A stretch of DNA of 64,000 bases from Heterodontus francisci (lineage: Eukaryota). This document shows, piece after piece, positions 27,694 through 39,995 of the stretch. Under the pieces are notes generated by a model that was not told the DNA's origin, searched no databases, and was given only the letters and a program-made list of their open reading frames with translations. The first letter of the stretch is position 1. Every line of letters begins with the position of its first letter. The translations under genes were made by a program, and so were the position numbers. Location of the stretch: contig NC_090376.1 of assembly GCF_036365525.1 (NCBI RefSeq), positions 43,519,075 through 43,583,074 of the forward strand, given 5' to 3'.

Positions 27694-29096
27694 AAGTAGT
27701 CTCAATTAGTTCCTAATGCTATAAGCTCACAATACAAAATTTCTATTAATTTACCAAAAATGTGCCATTCTCACTCAGAGAGAATGGCCAATATGAATGA
27801 TGAAAATGTTGCATTGGTTCAATAGAGGGTGTTAATCTGAGGATTGGATTATGCAACACTGGGGAATATTTCCCCTGCTATTTCTAAATAAGTCATAAAA
27901 ATGGATGCAAAGAACACAGTTATGAGCTTGCTTCACATAAGGGGCTGGAGTTTGTAGTCCCGCATACGGGATGAACACATTCAAATAGAGACAGAGGAGA
28001 AGAAAGAAGGGGAAAGGTTTGAGGTAATAGCTGGAGTTCAGTTACTGGCTTTGGGTTTGATGTAAAGTCTTTGATTGAAGTTAAGTCTTGCAGTTCTCGT
28101 TGGGGCCCAGTGCACACTTACAAACTTCTTTGGCTGTTCCTCTGCCTTGAGGCTTGAGTTACTTCCGTGGGTCCCTGGAACTTCGTGAGAGAGAGAGAGA
28201 GAGAGACAGGGTGAGACCTTCCTTCTCTTTTGTCTTCAAATTGCAGTCTGTTTTCAAAACTGTTCTAAGTCAGGCACAATTCAAAAAAATACTGGGTCAG
28301 CAGGTTCTTTGGGGGGGTGGGATTTGCTGGACTTCAAAGCTTGCTGGATGCACTCGGTGGAGGGTGAAGTGCTGTCTCTTACACAGAGATGTGAATCATC
28401 ACTGTTGTCCAGACCAATCTTGTTAATTGAATCAGTGAGCAGTTCCATTGTCTCTCTTATTCAGCTGTCTTTTAGAATGCAAATGTGCAGCCATGTTTTC
28501 AGCCACTGTTGTGGTCTGTTCAAACAAGTTATTTCAAGTCCTGTAACAGTTTAAAATAATGTTCCATATGATGAAATTAATATGTCCCATTTTTGGCAGG
28601 TGTGATTTCTACCTCCACATCCAGTGGAATGAAATGCAATATTAAGACATCATTTCATTATAAAAATAGAAAGGAGAGAAAGTACAGGAAAACACACATG
28701 CATATCTCTCATTCATTCTCATTCATTCAGAAATCCTAAAAATTGTTACAGCCTGTCTTTCCTTTGTAGCAGTGCTGCTTTAAACTGCCCCTTTTCCCTT
28801 GAGGTGGATCTGAGATAGTTATGTGTTGCCCAAAGGGGGTTGAAGTTTCTTCACTATCAGCCTGCAATACGTTGGGAATGGGCATCCCAATAAACATGTG
28901 ATTTTTGGGAAGTTTGCAGTTTGCATATTTCCATGACCGCCTAGGGTGCATTTATTCCTGTTGAGGTCTGCAGAGGGAGGGTTAGATTTAATTAGCCCTG
29001 GTTTGGCTCATGAGAATCGGCAGTGGGTGGATCCACTCTGAACTCTCTTGCAGTGGTCTGATGAGGCATGCAAGGGCATTTCACTTTAGGGTATAT

Positions 29097-29330
29097 AAAA
29101 GCAAAATACTGCGGATGCTGGAAATCTGAAATAAAAACAAGAAATGCTGGAACCACTCAGCAGGTCTGGCAGCATCTGTGAAAAGAGAAGCAGAGTTAAC
29201 GTTTCGGGTCAGTGACCCTTCTTCGGAGTTCCGAAGAAGGGTCACTGACCCGAAACGTTAACTCTGCTTCTCTTTTCACAGATGCTGCCAGACCTGCTGA
29301 GTGGTTCCAGCATTTCTTGTTTTTATTTCA
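29097..29330. mobile_element. Palindromic PLE-end insertion with hammerhead-like core, inside the Gypsy element
   Basis: Perfect 101-bp arms 29127-29227 / 29230-29330; duplication ATTTCACTTTAGGGTAT at 29078-29094 and 29325-29341. Confidence 0.88.
29226..29264 (+). ncRNA. Putative minimal type I hammerhead ribozyme (PLE-type)
   Basis: GAGTT-CCGAAGA-A-GGGTC(ACT)GACCC-GAAA-CG-TT-AACTC: stem I, core variant, stem II, palindromic ACGT for stem III. Confidence 0.6.
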
Positions 29331-30553
29331 CTTTAGGGTATGGTTGGTTCCCTTTTTTCCTGACTGTGGGGTTGATTCTATGCTAATCTTCCCTTTGTCC
29401 TCTGGGACACTCATGCATGCAGGTATTTGTCCAGATTCTACTGCACTCCCCTGCGGCACTTCGACTAGTTGAGGCAGCACCCTCACGGTTTCTCTGCTCT
29501 CTTGAGGACTTTCTTTGTCTCTGAAGGTTTCTGTAAATGATGTTAGTAACTCGAGCGGGGTGCTTCTGGTGTCTGTATTTACATAGGAGGATGTGGGGTC
29601 TAATCTTTCCAACATTTCGAGATTGGCTGTAGGGGAGTTCATTTGGGAATCCTCCAGAAATTCCTTTAACCTGTCCTCTTTGTCCCTTTTTTCCCCTTTC
29701 CTTTCTAACTTCTTGCCAGTCCTGTGCCTGTCTGTCCCCTTTTGTTCTCGGTGGGGGTCCCTGACAATTCACCAGCCCTCTGCTGGAGGATTTCCCAAAA
29801 GCCGATATAGGACTTAGGGGTGTACATTTCACTGTAGGATGGGGTTTCCTCTCAACCTGGCACATGTGGCAACTCCTACAGTAGTCCACCACATCTTTGT
29901 GGAGTTTTGGCCAGTCAAACTGCAGTCTTATGCAGGCTTTGCTTTTTCGTATACCAACATGTACAGACATTGTAATCTCATGGGTCATTCTTAATATTTC
30001 TCTCCGGTACCTCTGTGGCACCACTAACTGGTGAACCACTGTCCTCTTTGTCCTCAGGTCTATGAGGAGAACTCCACTTCCACCTCATTCTTTAAATAAT
30101 AGCAATCAGGGACTCCCTCTACTTAAGTTTCAAACTGTGCTAACTCTCTCGATACTGGGTCAGCTTGCTGAGCCTCAGCTGGCGAAGAGTCATTTAATTA
30201 ATTCCCTGGGTCCGCTAACTTTCCAAAGAAAGTCTCAAACAGACAGACCTCATGGTCATCTGCCTACAGTGCCAATTCAGTCTCCTCTGGGGGAGCTGGT
30301 TTGGTCATGGCCTGATTCACTACACATCCAGGGGGACTGTCTCCTGCCACTGCCCTGTCTTTCTGACCTTCTGCTGTCTCTCTTTCACTACTGGGGAAGC
30401 TACCACCTTCGTCCCCGCCAGATCATTACCTAGGAGCAGGTCAACCCCATCTACAGGCAAACTAGGGACAATCCCTACAGTCACCGGTCCCAAAACTAGA
30501 TCGCATTCCAAGTGCACCCCATGTAAAGGTACAGGCATACACTGCCCTCCAAT

Positions 30554-30906
30554 GGGCAGCACAGTGGCACAATGGTTAGCACTGCAGCCTCACAGCTCCA
30601 GTGACCTGGGTTCGATTCTGGGTACTGCCTGTACGGAGTTTGCAAGTTCTCCCTGTGACCGTGTGGGTTTTCGCTGGGTGCTCTGGTTTCCTCCCACAGC
30701 CAAAGACTTGCAGGTTGATAGGTAAATTGGCCATTGTAAATTGCCCCTAGTATAGGTAGGTGGTAGGGGAGTTAAGGGAAGGTGAGGATTTAGTAGGAAC
30801 ATGGGATTAATGTAGGGTTAGTATAAATGGGTGGTTGATGGTCAGCACAGACTCAGTGGGCCAAAGGGCCTGTTTCAGTGCTGTATCTCTAAAATAAAAA
30901 TAAAAT
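30554..30906 (+). mobile_element. HE1-like V-SINE inserted in the Gypsy protease region
   Basis: tRNA-like head GGGCAGCACAGTGG..GGTTCGATTC; V-domain GTGGGTTTTCGCTGGGTGCTCTGGTTTCCTCCCACA; CR1-like tail. Confidence 0.9.
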
Positions 30907-32551
30907 ATCATTCACCACCATTTTGGTGTTCACTGCACTCTCTGGGGGAAAGGTCAGGCCTTTTCCCAATAAAAGGGATCTAGTGGCCCCTGAGGGTTAC
31001 TATGGGCTTGCTTACCCTACTCGAGAGGTATGGGGTTACTCTCCCTTCAGACACAAAATCCTGATAACCCTCAGGGATCCTATTAAAGTTACCTGCTCCT
31101 ACAGCAGTATGTTTTTGGGCCTTACTACTGCTGCAGTTAAAGCCACAGCTTGTTCAGCTGTGCTTTCCATCAGGGTCCCTCCTCCGTCACTGAGCGGGTA
31201 TGCCCTGATTAACCCTACAGCCTTTCCCCATAGTTTCCAGCAGTCAGCTCTCAGATGACCTGCTTTATTACAATGGAAGCACACAGGTCTCCAAGTCTCA
31301 CTCCTACTTACAGCACCTTCCTTTTTGGCTCGAGGAGGGCCCCCTGTGTCTCCTGCTTTTCTCACTCTCCCAGGACTGCTTGGGCTTCTATCACTTTCCC
31401 ATCCTTGTCCTTTTCGAATTTGTGGGGGTGACTAGGAAAGGTTTTTCCCTGGGGAACCGACTTATATATTAGGGCAAACTTATCAGCCAAAACTGCAGCT
31501 TGCCTTGCTCTATGAACTGTTTATTCTTCCACATGAGTCTTTATGGAGAGTGGGAGCGAGTTTTAAAATTCCTGTAGCAGAATTACCTCTCTGAGGTTTT
31601 CATAGCTGGGCTGCACTTTTAAGAGCCCTCAACTACCTGTCGAAAGCCAGCTGCTTACTTCTCTCAAACTCCAAGTAAGTTTGATCAGCTTGCTTCTTGA
31701 GAGTTTGAAACTTCTGGAGGTAGGCTTCTGGTACTAACTCATGTGCCCGAGGATAGCACTGTTTGTCAGTTCATAATTTGATGAACTCTCATCTGGCAAC
31801 AGGGAATAAACCTCATGGACTTTTCCTGTTAGCTTACTTTGCATCACAAGAATCGAAGTTTCAACTGGCCACTTTAACTGCAAGTTTTCAAAAGATACAA
31901 AAAATACTTCCACGTCTCCCTCATTGAATTTGGGATCAGTTGGGAAAATTTTAACAATTTGGTACACAGCCCCGAATTACTATTCTCCATATTGGCCATG
32001 CTTTCACTGGGGTTACTCTATTGTCCCCTAGCTAACTCAAGCCACCTCAGCTCTCTTGCCTCATGTTTCTTCTGGAAGGTTCCTTCTTTCTCTCTCTGCT
32101 GCCTTTCTTTCTCTCTTTCCTCTCTCTTTTTCTTTCCTCTGTCTCTCCCTTTCTCTCTCTCTTTCCCTGTCTTCTAATTCAAGTTTCCTCTGCTCCAATT
32201 GTATCTTTGCTAGCAATACCCTGTCGGATTCTATTTCTAACCCTGTCTCTGCTTCTTCAGATTCGAGGGAAAAATGGTTGGCCACCAGTCTTAGCAGTTC
32301 GGACTTTCTAGCCTTGGAACAGAAAGTGATCACAAACCACTCAGCTATATTTCTCAACTCCTCCATAGATAGTGTTTTTAACTTACCCCAAGTTACTTCA
32401 CCCTGGCTTGGGTAGTTACTGGCTTCAGTCACAGACATGTTAGTTTTCTAGCACACACAACCACAAGAAAGCCTGTATTGAAATCTTTTCTCTTTTTGAT
32501 CAGGATCAATTTGACTTCCCATTTCCAATTTCTTGTTTGTCTGTGGGTCCA

Positions 32552-32571
32552 ATCCTGGATGCTAGCCCCCA
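32552..32571 (-). other. Primer-binding site, tRNA-Pro-like
   Basis: TGGGGGCTAGCATCCAGGAT, 6 nt after the 5' LTR, resembles tRNA-Pro PBS TGGGGGCTCGTCCGGGAT. Confidence 0.75.
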
Positions 32572-33670
32572 AATTTCTGTTATCACCAGGTGAAAAGGGG
32601 TCTCGGGTTCCCTCTCAGCCTTTTCCTGGTTTGACCGTAACAGGGTTTAATTTTTAAAACACTGTGTTTTAGCTTCCCTCTTAGTGAGCCCTTGTTCACT
32701 GCTCTCTAATTGTTATGGAAAAGAAATCAACCAGACAGGTTTTCTCATATTTAAACAAGAAAGGTGTAAGTTTATTAACCTTAAAACTCTAATTCAGTTA
32801 AAACTACTAAAAATACACCAAAACAACCACACTAGCATGCATACCTGATTAACACACACGCAAATAGAGACAGAGGAGGAGAAAGAAGGGGAAAGGCTTG
32901 AAGTAATAGCTGGAGTTCATTTATTGGCTTTGGGTTTGATGTAAAGTCTTTGATTGAAGTTAAGTCTTGCAGTTCTCGCTGGAGCCCAGTGCACACTTTC
33001 AAACTTGTTTGGCTGGTCTTCTGTCTTGAGGCTTGAGTTACTTCCGTGGGTCCCTGGAACTTTGCGTAAGAGAGAGAGAGACAGAGAGAAACTTTCCTTC
33101 TCTTTTGTCTTCAAATTGCAGTCTGGTCTCAAAACTATTCTGTGTCAGGCACAATTCAAAAAAAAAACTGGGCCAGCAGGTTCTTGGTGGGGTGGGGGGG
33201 GGGGGGGGGGGGGATGCGGTTGCTGGACTTCAAAGCTTACTAGACGCACTTGGTGGGGGGTGGAGTGCTGTCTCTTACATAGACAAGATGTGGATCACCA
33301 CTGTTGCACAGACCAATCTTGTTATTTGAATCAGTGAGCAGTTCCATTGTCTCTCTTATTCAGCTGTCTTTTAGAATGCATGTGCAGCCATGTTTGCAGC
33401 CACTGTCCTTTCGAATGTAAATATGAAGCCATGTTTTTAGCCACTGTTGTGGTCTGTTCAAACAAGTTATTGCAAATCCAGTAAAAGTTCAAAATAATGT
33501 TCCATATGATGAAATTAATATGTCCCATTTTTGGCAAGTGTGGTTTCCATCACAACACCAAAAATACATATTTGCCATGTTCCCCCCCACCTCGCCAACT
33601 ACACTACCAATGCAGAGTTGACCCTTCCCCCCCCACCGCCCCCCCACAACCACACTACACTAAAGATGCA

Positions 33671-34500
33671 GGGCTGGATGTAGTTCTCCTCCCAACACTG
33701 GGCTATGCGGCGGGGTGGGTGGCGGAAGATCGGAGTGGCAGCGGCCCACCACGGCACCCGACGCAGGGATTCCCAGTCGGGAAGATCCGTGGCGGGCCCT
33801 CCATCATTCTACAACAGGACCTGACTTTACATATTTAAATTAGCTGTTTGCATTAGTTAAAATCTAATCTGCAGCGCTCTTACCTGCAGATCTGGATCTT
33901 CAGTGCGACAGGCGGCACTCATGCACCTTTACTTTCCCGTCCAGGGAAAGCTGGCACTACCGAGGTGGGGAAGGGGAGAACTCAGCATTTGTACAGTAGT
34001 GGTGGGGGGGGGTGGGGGGACGAAACAGGGTGAACGCTACATGTTTAGTGTAGTGGGGCGGGGAAGGGGTGAACTCTGCACTTTGTGCAGTTGTGGAGAG
34101 GGGTAAGAGGTCAACTCTGCACTTAGTGCAGTTGGGGGAAGAAGGGGTCAACTCTGCATTGGAGTGTAGTTGTGGAGGGGACAGGGCAAATATGTATTTT
34201 TGGTGTAGTTGTAGGGGGCGGGGACGCAACTCGGCAGTTTATTCGCAGGGCTGGCAGTCCTTTAAAAATGGCACCAGCTGCTGCGCAGAAACAGTTGACG
34301 CAGTTCACGGCATTGCCGAGGCCGTCTTGCCACATGAGTGAGGGGGCGGGGTGGGTGGTGGCCGCCCTGCATAAGATAATGAGCCACTGGGATCAAGCTC
34401 ATGGCGGCACGGCAGCACGGCGGCACGCTGCCCGTGGATGCCGGCCGCCATTTTTTACACCCGCCGTAGCTCCCGATGACGGGACTACAAAATCCAGCCC
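33671..34500 (+). mobile_element. Harbinger-type MITE, complete, 3-bp TSD
   Basis: GCA|GGGCTGGATGTAG ... CAAAATCCAGCCC|GCA. Confidence 0.88.
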
Positions 34501-35045
34501 GCAGAGTTCAACCCACTACACGACAAATTCAGAATGGCCCCCTTCTCCGCCTCAGTGGTGCCAGCTTTCCCAGGATGGGAAAGTGAAGGCATGTGAGTAC
34601 TGCCTGTCGAGCTGAAGATCCGGAACTGCAGGTAGGATTACTCACATTAGATTTTAATTAATGCAAGCTGCTAATTTACATATTTAAAGTCGGGTCCCTT
34701 TGCAGAGCAGCGGAGGGAGCGCCACAGAGCTTCCCCGCCGCTGGGAAGATCAGGCCCGGCAATCCAGGCCGTCGGGTTCCATGGCAGGCCGCTGCTGCTC
34801 TGATCTTCCGGCACCAACCCCCTCCCCCCCAGCATGGAGCCTGACGTCAGGAGGAGAACAAAATTCAGCCCTAGGAGTGGAGGAAATCTTCCATTTTTAG
34901 ACAGCCCTAGATTGAACCTAACCAACTCTGCTCCCGGCTAAGTTCATCTAAAGCCATTATTGGCTGCAAAGAGGAAAATTTTTCACCACTTTTAAATACA
35001 AGCTTTTTTTTATATTTAAAACAAATGAAATGTTTTAATTTGCAG

Positions 35046-35185
35046 GATGGAAAGGAGTACATCCCACTGAGTACAATGCTGGTGTCGAATAGCTTTCGTT
35101 TTTTGGTCCCAACGTCACCAGATTCCTGCTTGGGAGAAGAAATGGAGAATTCAAAATTTAATTATGAACGTACAGGAAGCTTTGG
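35046..35185 (+). CDS. FLT1: VEGFR1-like exon, C-terminal tail with YIPL (Y1169-equivalent PLC-gamma site)
   Basis: tgcag|GAT..GG|gtaag, 140 nt; DGKEYIPLSTMLVSNSFRFLVPTSPDSCLGEEMENSKFNYERTGSF(G). Confidence 0.85.
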
Positions 35186-37243
35186 GTAAGATATATTACT
35201 CTACATCTGGAAAATGGAAGTATTTACTGAAAAGATTACCTTTGCCAAAAAGTGAAACTGCTATTGTTGTAAGTGCAGAGGTAATTTACAAACTGCACTC
35301 TGCACAGTCCCCGAGCATGTCTTAAAATTCAACAAATTAAGATCCATTTTAATCCATCTGCAATTATTTTCCTTGAGACAGAAATAAGATTTAAAAATTG
35401 CCATCTTTTTGTGCTGCCAACAATTGTTTATAGCAGCTACCTTAAAATGTTAACTGCAAAGAACTGCAATGTAATGCAGGAAATAACAATTATTTAATCA
35501 GAGCAAAGGGATAGAACTCAAATCAGCACAGTCATTTTTTACTTAAAAAGGTGTGTATACATTAGACAGAGAGAAACTGTTAATCTTACCCTCTGCTGGA
35601 CTCTTGGGTTGTCTGCTGCGTTACTGACTAGAGATAAGGTGCTGGGCTGAAAAGAATGAGAAAAAATTGTTACGTCCATATACTTCCTGGTTGTCATATA
35701 TCAGCATTGACAGGGTTATGTTTGCCAGCTAGGTGTCTCTTCATTTTGGTTGAAAAAGGCTGCATGAGTGCAGAAGATAGTTAGGGAGAAAAAAAACTAA
35801 GCCTGTATTTCTGCAATCTTTGTTGAATCTGGATTTTAAAAAATATTGTTTGAACTTTGTTACATTTACTTTGCTAGTCGGCAGTCTATCCCATAGATCT
35901 AATCTAAGTGCTAAATTGTTTCCCCACTTACTTTTAGCTTTTGGTTTTGGCAACTTATAATCATGTCATCCAGTTTTTCTGATTTAGTGCAACAAAAAAA
36001 CACTCCAACATCCAATAATTTGCTTCATGATTTGTAAAACCTAACTTGTACCTCCCTTTAGTGTTGCATCAGCCTCCCTTCATTGATTTAAGAGCTAGTT
36101 TCATTCTCATTGGCCATTTTCCCAATGTCTTTATATCTTTCATAAGTAGAGCATCCCAACTGGCTCAGTACTGCAGATGGTGAGGGAGATTTTAATGGGA
36201 GGGCAAGATCGGCAGATAGAAAGCCTGAGGTGGGCAGCACACTGTTCTGAGGGAGGCCAGGCCTGGCTGGTTTTAACTGATAAACCTCATTTTAACATTT
36301 GAAATCTGTCGCCTATCTGAAGCTGGCAAGAATGACGTGAAGGCTGTGCCAAACAGATGCTGGTGTGGACAGGGAGCGGAAGGGGAAGGGCAGAGCCATG
36401 GATTCCCACCAAAGAACAAAAAATATTGCTTACTTTAGCTTCTTCTGGCCACTCTGCTGCTTCCCACCAAGTTTTTTCCAGCAGGTTTGACTGCGGGTGG
36501 GCCTCCCTCTGAGTTGTAAAAATCATGTTTGATGCCGATGATGTCACAGGGCCCTGGCTTAGGCCCTCACCTGTCTGCAGCAGGAGCCTTGACTGACTTC
36601 AAAGTGGGTGAAGATAAAATATTGCTGGATGGAACTGGTACAACCTCAGACTCGATGGATTTTAACCCCTCCCATTCACCATAGGGTATGGGTACAGTTA
36701 AAATCAATCCCATAGTCTTGCAATTCTTTTGAGATATTATGTAGCTAGATATATGGATTTACTTGTAACATTCAAGATTGACAATTACTGCCAAACAGTG
36801 CAGTAGAATTTAGTGAACCCACATTTTTTTTCCCTACTTCAGATTACTAAATGATATAACTGGATTTGCTATTTTTAGCACTGATAGTCCTTACTTTACA
36901 TTTTAATATTAAATGCCATTTCCCATTTTGTCTGCTCAGTGTAGGTCTGTTTTCAGTTAAATGCAGAAAGGTCCAGCATCCATCTAGGTTTGGGCAATTG
37001 TCGACATTTTTCTTCTGTACCTATATTGATGGCATGATTAAATATTCTGCAAAGGACATTAAAGTCAAGTTGTAATTCTTTGGATCATTAAACAGAATCC
37101 AATGACAAGATTTTGCTTATATTTAAATCCTTTTCATGTTTCCACTATTGTAAAGAGAGTTATGAACGATGAGATTTTTTGCCTTTACTTAATCTCTGAC
37201 TTGCAGTTCCATTTTAATGTGTAACATATTGCCGTCACTGCAG

Positions 37244-37328
37244 ATATATTAACACTTGTATGAAGAAACAACCGCAGAATTTAAAGACATTTGAAGAGTT
37301 ACCACTTGAATTTACAACTTTAACAGAT
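37244..37328 (+). CDS. FLT1: VEGFR1-like exon, C-terminal tail (Y1213-equivalent)
   Basis: tgcag|A..GAT|gtaag, 85 nt; YINTCMKKQPQNLKTFEELPLEFTTLTD vs FLT1 YVNAFKFMSLERIKTFEELL. Confidence 0.85.
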
Positions 37329-39009
37329 GTAAGTTTTCTTATGAACCTGAAGACTGTCGTGCATTGTTGATAACTTTGGCTCCATTTCAAAACTTAAGAG
37401 TTACAATACAGCTTTGCAAGCATCCTTCCCCACATTACAATGCATAGATGTTATCTACCATGTTATGACAAACTTCACAAAATCACCTTTTGGCTTCTCT
37501 CTGAATCTTCTGGGGGTATAAAAATCTTTGCCTTTTCCCTTTTGAATTTTTGAACACCTTAAGCTTTATGATAATGATGAAATAACAGGATAAGATATGA
37601 TTGTAAATATATCTGGAAGTGAGAACCAGTATTATCTCTAAAATTGTTGCACTTTTATGGATTAATCTCATGCTTTGAAAGTTAGTTTTAATCAAACAGA
37701 AAAAGACAGGACAATTTGAGCTTAAGTCAAGCTTAAACTCCAAAAGTTCTTCTGAAACAAATCATGCTTTCCTTTGTTCACTTACTTGAGTCAAGTGTGA
37801 GTATTTGTTTTGGGATGGATTTGATTTCCATACTTATTAACAACAAGCAAGGAACTATTAAAACCAATTAATTCTTAGCAATAACATTCAAGTTTTCCTC
37901 TGAAAATTTAATCTGCTTCAGTTGAAACTGGACCAAATGAAGTCTGGAGTCAAAATTATCATAAGGTACAAAAAACTGAAAGATGTAAAATGACAGAGGG
38001 AAGGAACTGAACCAGACATAACAACATCCCAGGATGGCAGGTTAATGAGAGAAATGTAAATCAAAGGATCTGCACAGTGGAATAGAACAGAGAGGAAGGA
38101 GAATGGGGGAGGTGGGGGTGGGGGTAGGAGGGAGAAACAGCAGCATATCATTAGGCAACTTTTAATTTTGTTGTTCAACCTCAACCTCTTCCAAAAATAC
38201 ACTGCTCAGTCTGGATAGTACTGATAGAAGATTAAAATAAGAGGAAAGAAAATGTAAGAAGGTTATTATCCAGATGCAGATTTTTGAAATTATTACTCAT
38301 AGCTGCGCCAGTTAATATACAATGTCCTTCATGAGGATGTACTGTAATTCTCTGGTAAATACCTAGTGAATCCTTTACACAGTGGGCACTGTCATTTAGG
38401 AACCATTGCAGAACTGTTACAAATAGACACCTACCTTTGTTGCAGCAAGGACTTGATCTTTGGGTATCTGCCAGATGAAGTACACAACCTTAAAATGGAT
38501 CTGAATATTGATCAAATTTGCAGATGATAGAAAACTAAAAAGGGCAATAGAATCGAAAAAGAAGCCCAGAAATTACAGAATGAGTTAAACAAATGTATGA
38601 GTGGCCATAACAATGGTGAAAGAAACTTAATACAGGCAAAGTTAAAGTACTGCACCTAGGAAGAGAAAGGGATTCACACATGTACAGCATGAATGGTGTT
38701 GAAAGAGCTAAGGATGACATTGAAAGAGATCTAATAGACTTAGTGGACTCAATGCTCAATATGTCCAACCAATGCGGAGCAGTAATCAAAAAAGGCAGAA
38801 TGTCGAATTACATGACCAAAAACAGTAAAGTGTTGTCCAGTTCAAGTCTGGTGTAGATACCTTCTTGGGTTCAGTGATATCAGTTGTTTCCTTAGGTGGC
38901 CTGAGCATCTTACTTTTCTGGGAGTTGGCTCACACATCCCTATACCTACTGGAGTGATAGTATAACCCAGCAATGTATAGCATCCCCTTGCAATCTGGAC
39001 AGAATACTC

Positions 39010-39270
39010 AACAACAACAACAGCTTCTATTTATATGGCACCTTTTTTAAAAGAGTAAAACGGCCCAAGGCGCTCCACATGAGCATTATCAAACAAAATT
39101 TGACACTGAGTTACAAAAGGGGATATTAGGGTAGATGACCAAAAGCTTGAACATCTTAAAAGAGAAAAGACATGTAACGAGATGGAAAGGTTTAGGGAGG
39201 AAATTCTAGAGCTTATAGCCTTGACAACTGAAGGGATGATTCCCAATAGCGGAGAAGTTAAAATCAGGGA
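39010..39270 (-). mobile_element. L2-type LINE tail fragment
   Basis: Reverse complement of the 17330-17503 tail, ending (GTT)n. Confidence 0.6.
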
Positions 39271-39447
39271 TGCTCAAAAAGCAAGAATTGTCTTTTGTGC
39301 ATTTTATTTCTTCAGTTTTCTCCAGTGTTGTCATTGGGGTTAGCATTGGTATATGGACACCACAGTGTCCATGGTTAAAAATGTTGAGGTACGTGGTAAT
39401 TTTAAATTCAGGGTTTAGAAATTTCTGCCAAATTGCAGAGCGAGGCT

Positions 39448-39802
39448 CAGAGAGGAGGGACACTGAGGGGGGCTTGGAGGGGACACAGAGAGAGGGATAC
39501 ATAGAAAGAGGATAAGAGAGAGAGAGACTCAGACAAAGGAAAGAGAGAGAGATGAAGAGAGAGAGACAGACAGACATGGGGAGAGAGACAGACAGACAGA
39601 CAGACATGGGGGGAGAGAGAGAGTGGAAGACAGACCTGGAGAGGGAGACAGACAGAGAGAGAGAGAGAGAGAGAGGGAGACAGACACGGAGAGACCAATA
39701 GAGAGAGAGAAAGAGAAAGACAGAGAGAGAGAGGGGAGCGAGAGACAGAGACACAGAGAGGGGTAGGGGAGATGAGAGAGAGAGAGAGAGAGGAGGGAGA
39801 GA
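39448..39802. repeat. Compound (GA)n/(GACA)n low-complexity tract
   Basis: Directly visible. Confidence 0.95.
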
Positions 39803-39995
39803 GCGAACAAGATCATTCCTGACAGATGGGCATGTATCTGGAATACTGCACATTGCTATATCAAGTGTGTGCGCAGACATTGACTACTGGTGCAAGTAAA
39901 AACAATGCCAGGTATCTCACTAAATGTGTTTTAAATCAGACTGTGTTTTGATGGAATTAGGTTGGCTCGTCCCGGACGAGCCCCCCCCCGTGTTA

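Larger units (their letters stand above)
27973..33554 (-). mobile_element. Gmr1-like Gypsy LTR retrotransposon, internally deleted (non-autonomous)
   Basis: 5' LTR 32578-33554 (TG..CA); truncated 3' LTR ~27973-28619; gag with PKFNEGDVEVFF (SCAN-like) and CFHCNKAGHLRADC knuckle; protease-region DLLLGNDL; integrase H2C2 zinc finger directly after; no RT or RNase H seen. Confidence 0.88.
27942..34871 (-). mobile_element. Outer Harbinger-type MITE disrupted by a Gypsy element and by an inverted copy of its own family
   Basis: 27942-27970, 33555-33670 and 34501-34871 are reverse-complement matches to successive parts of 33671-34500. Confidence 0.8.

Noticed and set aside
29127-29330. Palindrome as a DNA-transposon MITE or assembly fold-back artefact
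   Set aside because: Asymmetric extension on one arm, long TSD, and independent single-armed and palindromic copies elsewhere point to PLE ends
33950-34210. Short repeated units (AACTCTGCA..GTAGTTG) resembling a CRISPR-like array
   Set aside because: Degenerate internal minisatellite of a MITE; no unique spacers; eukaryotic context
39206-39880. 224-aa Ser/Leu-rich minus-strand ORF
   Set aside because: Translation of the (GA)n/(GACA)n tract
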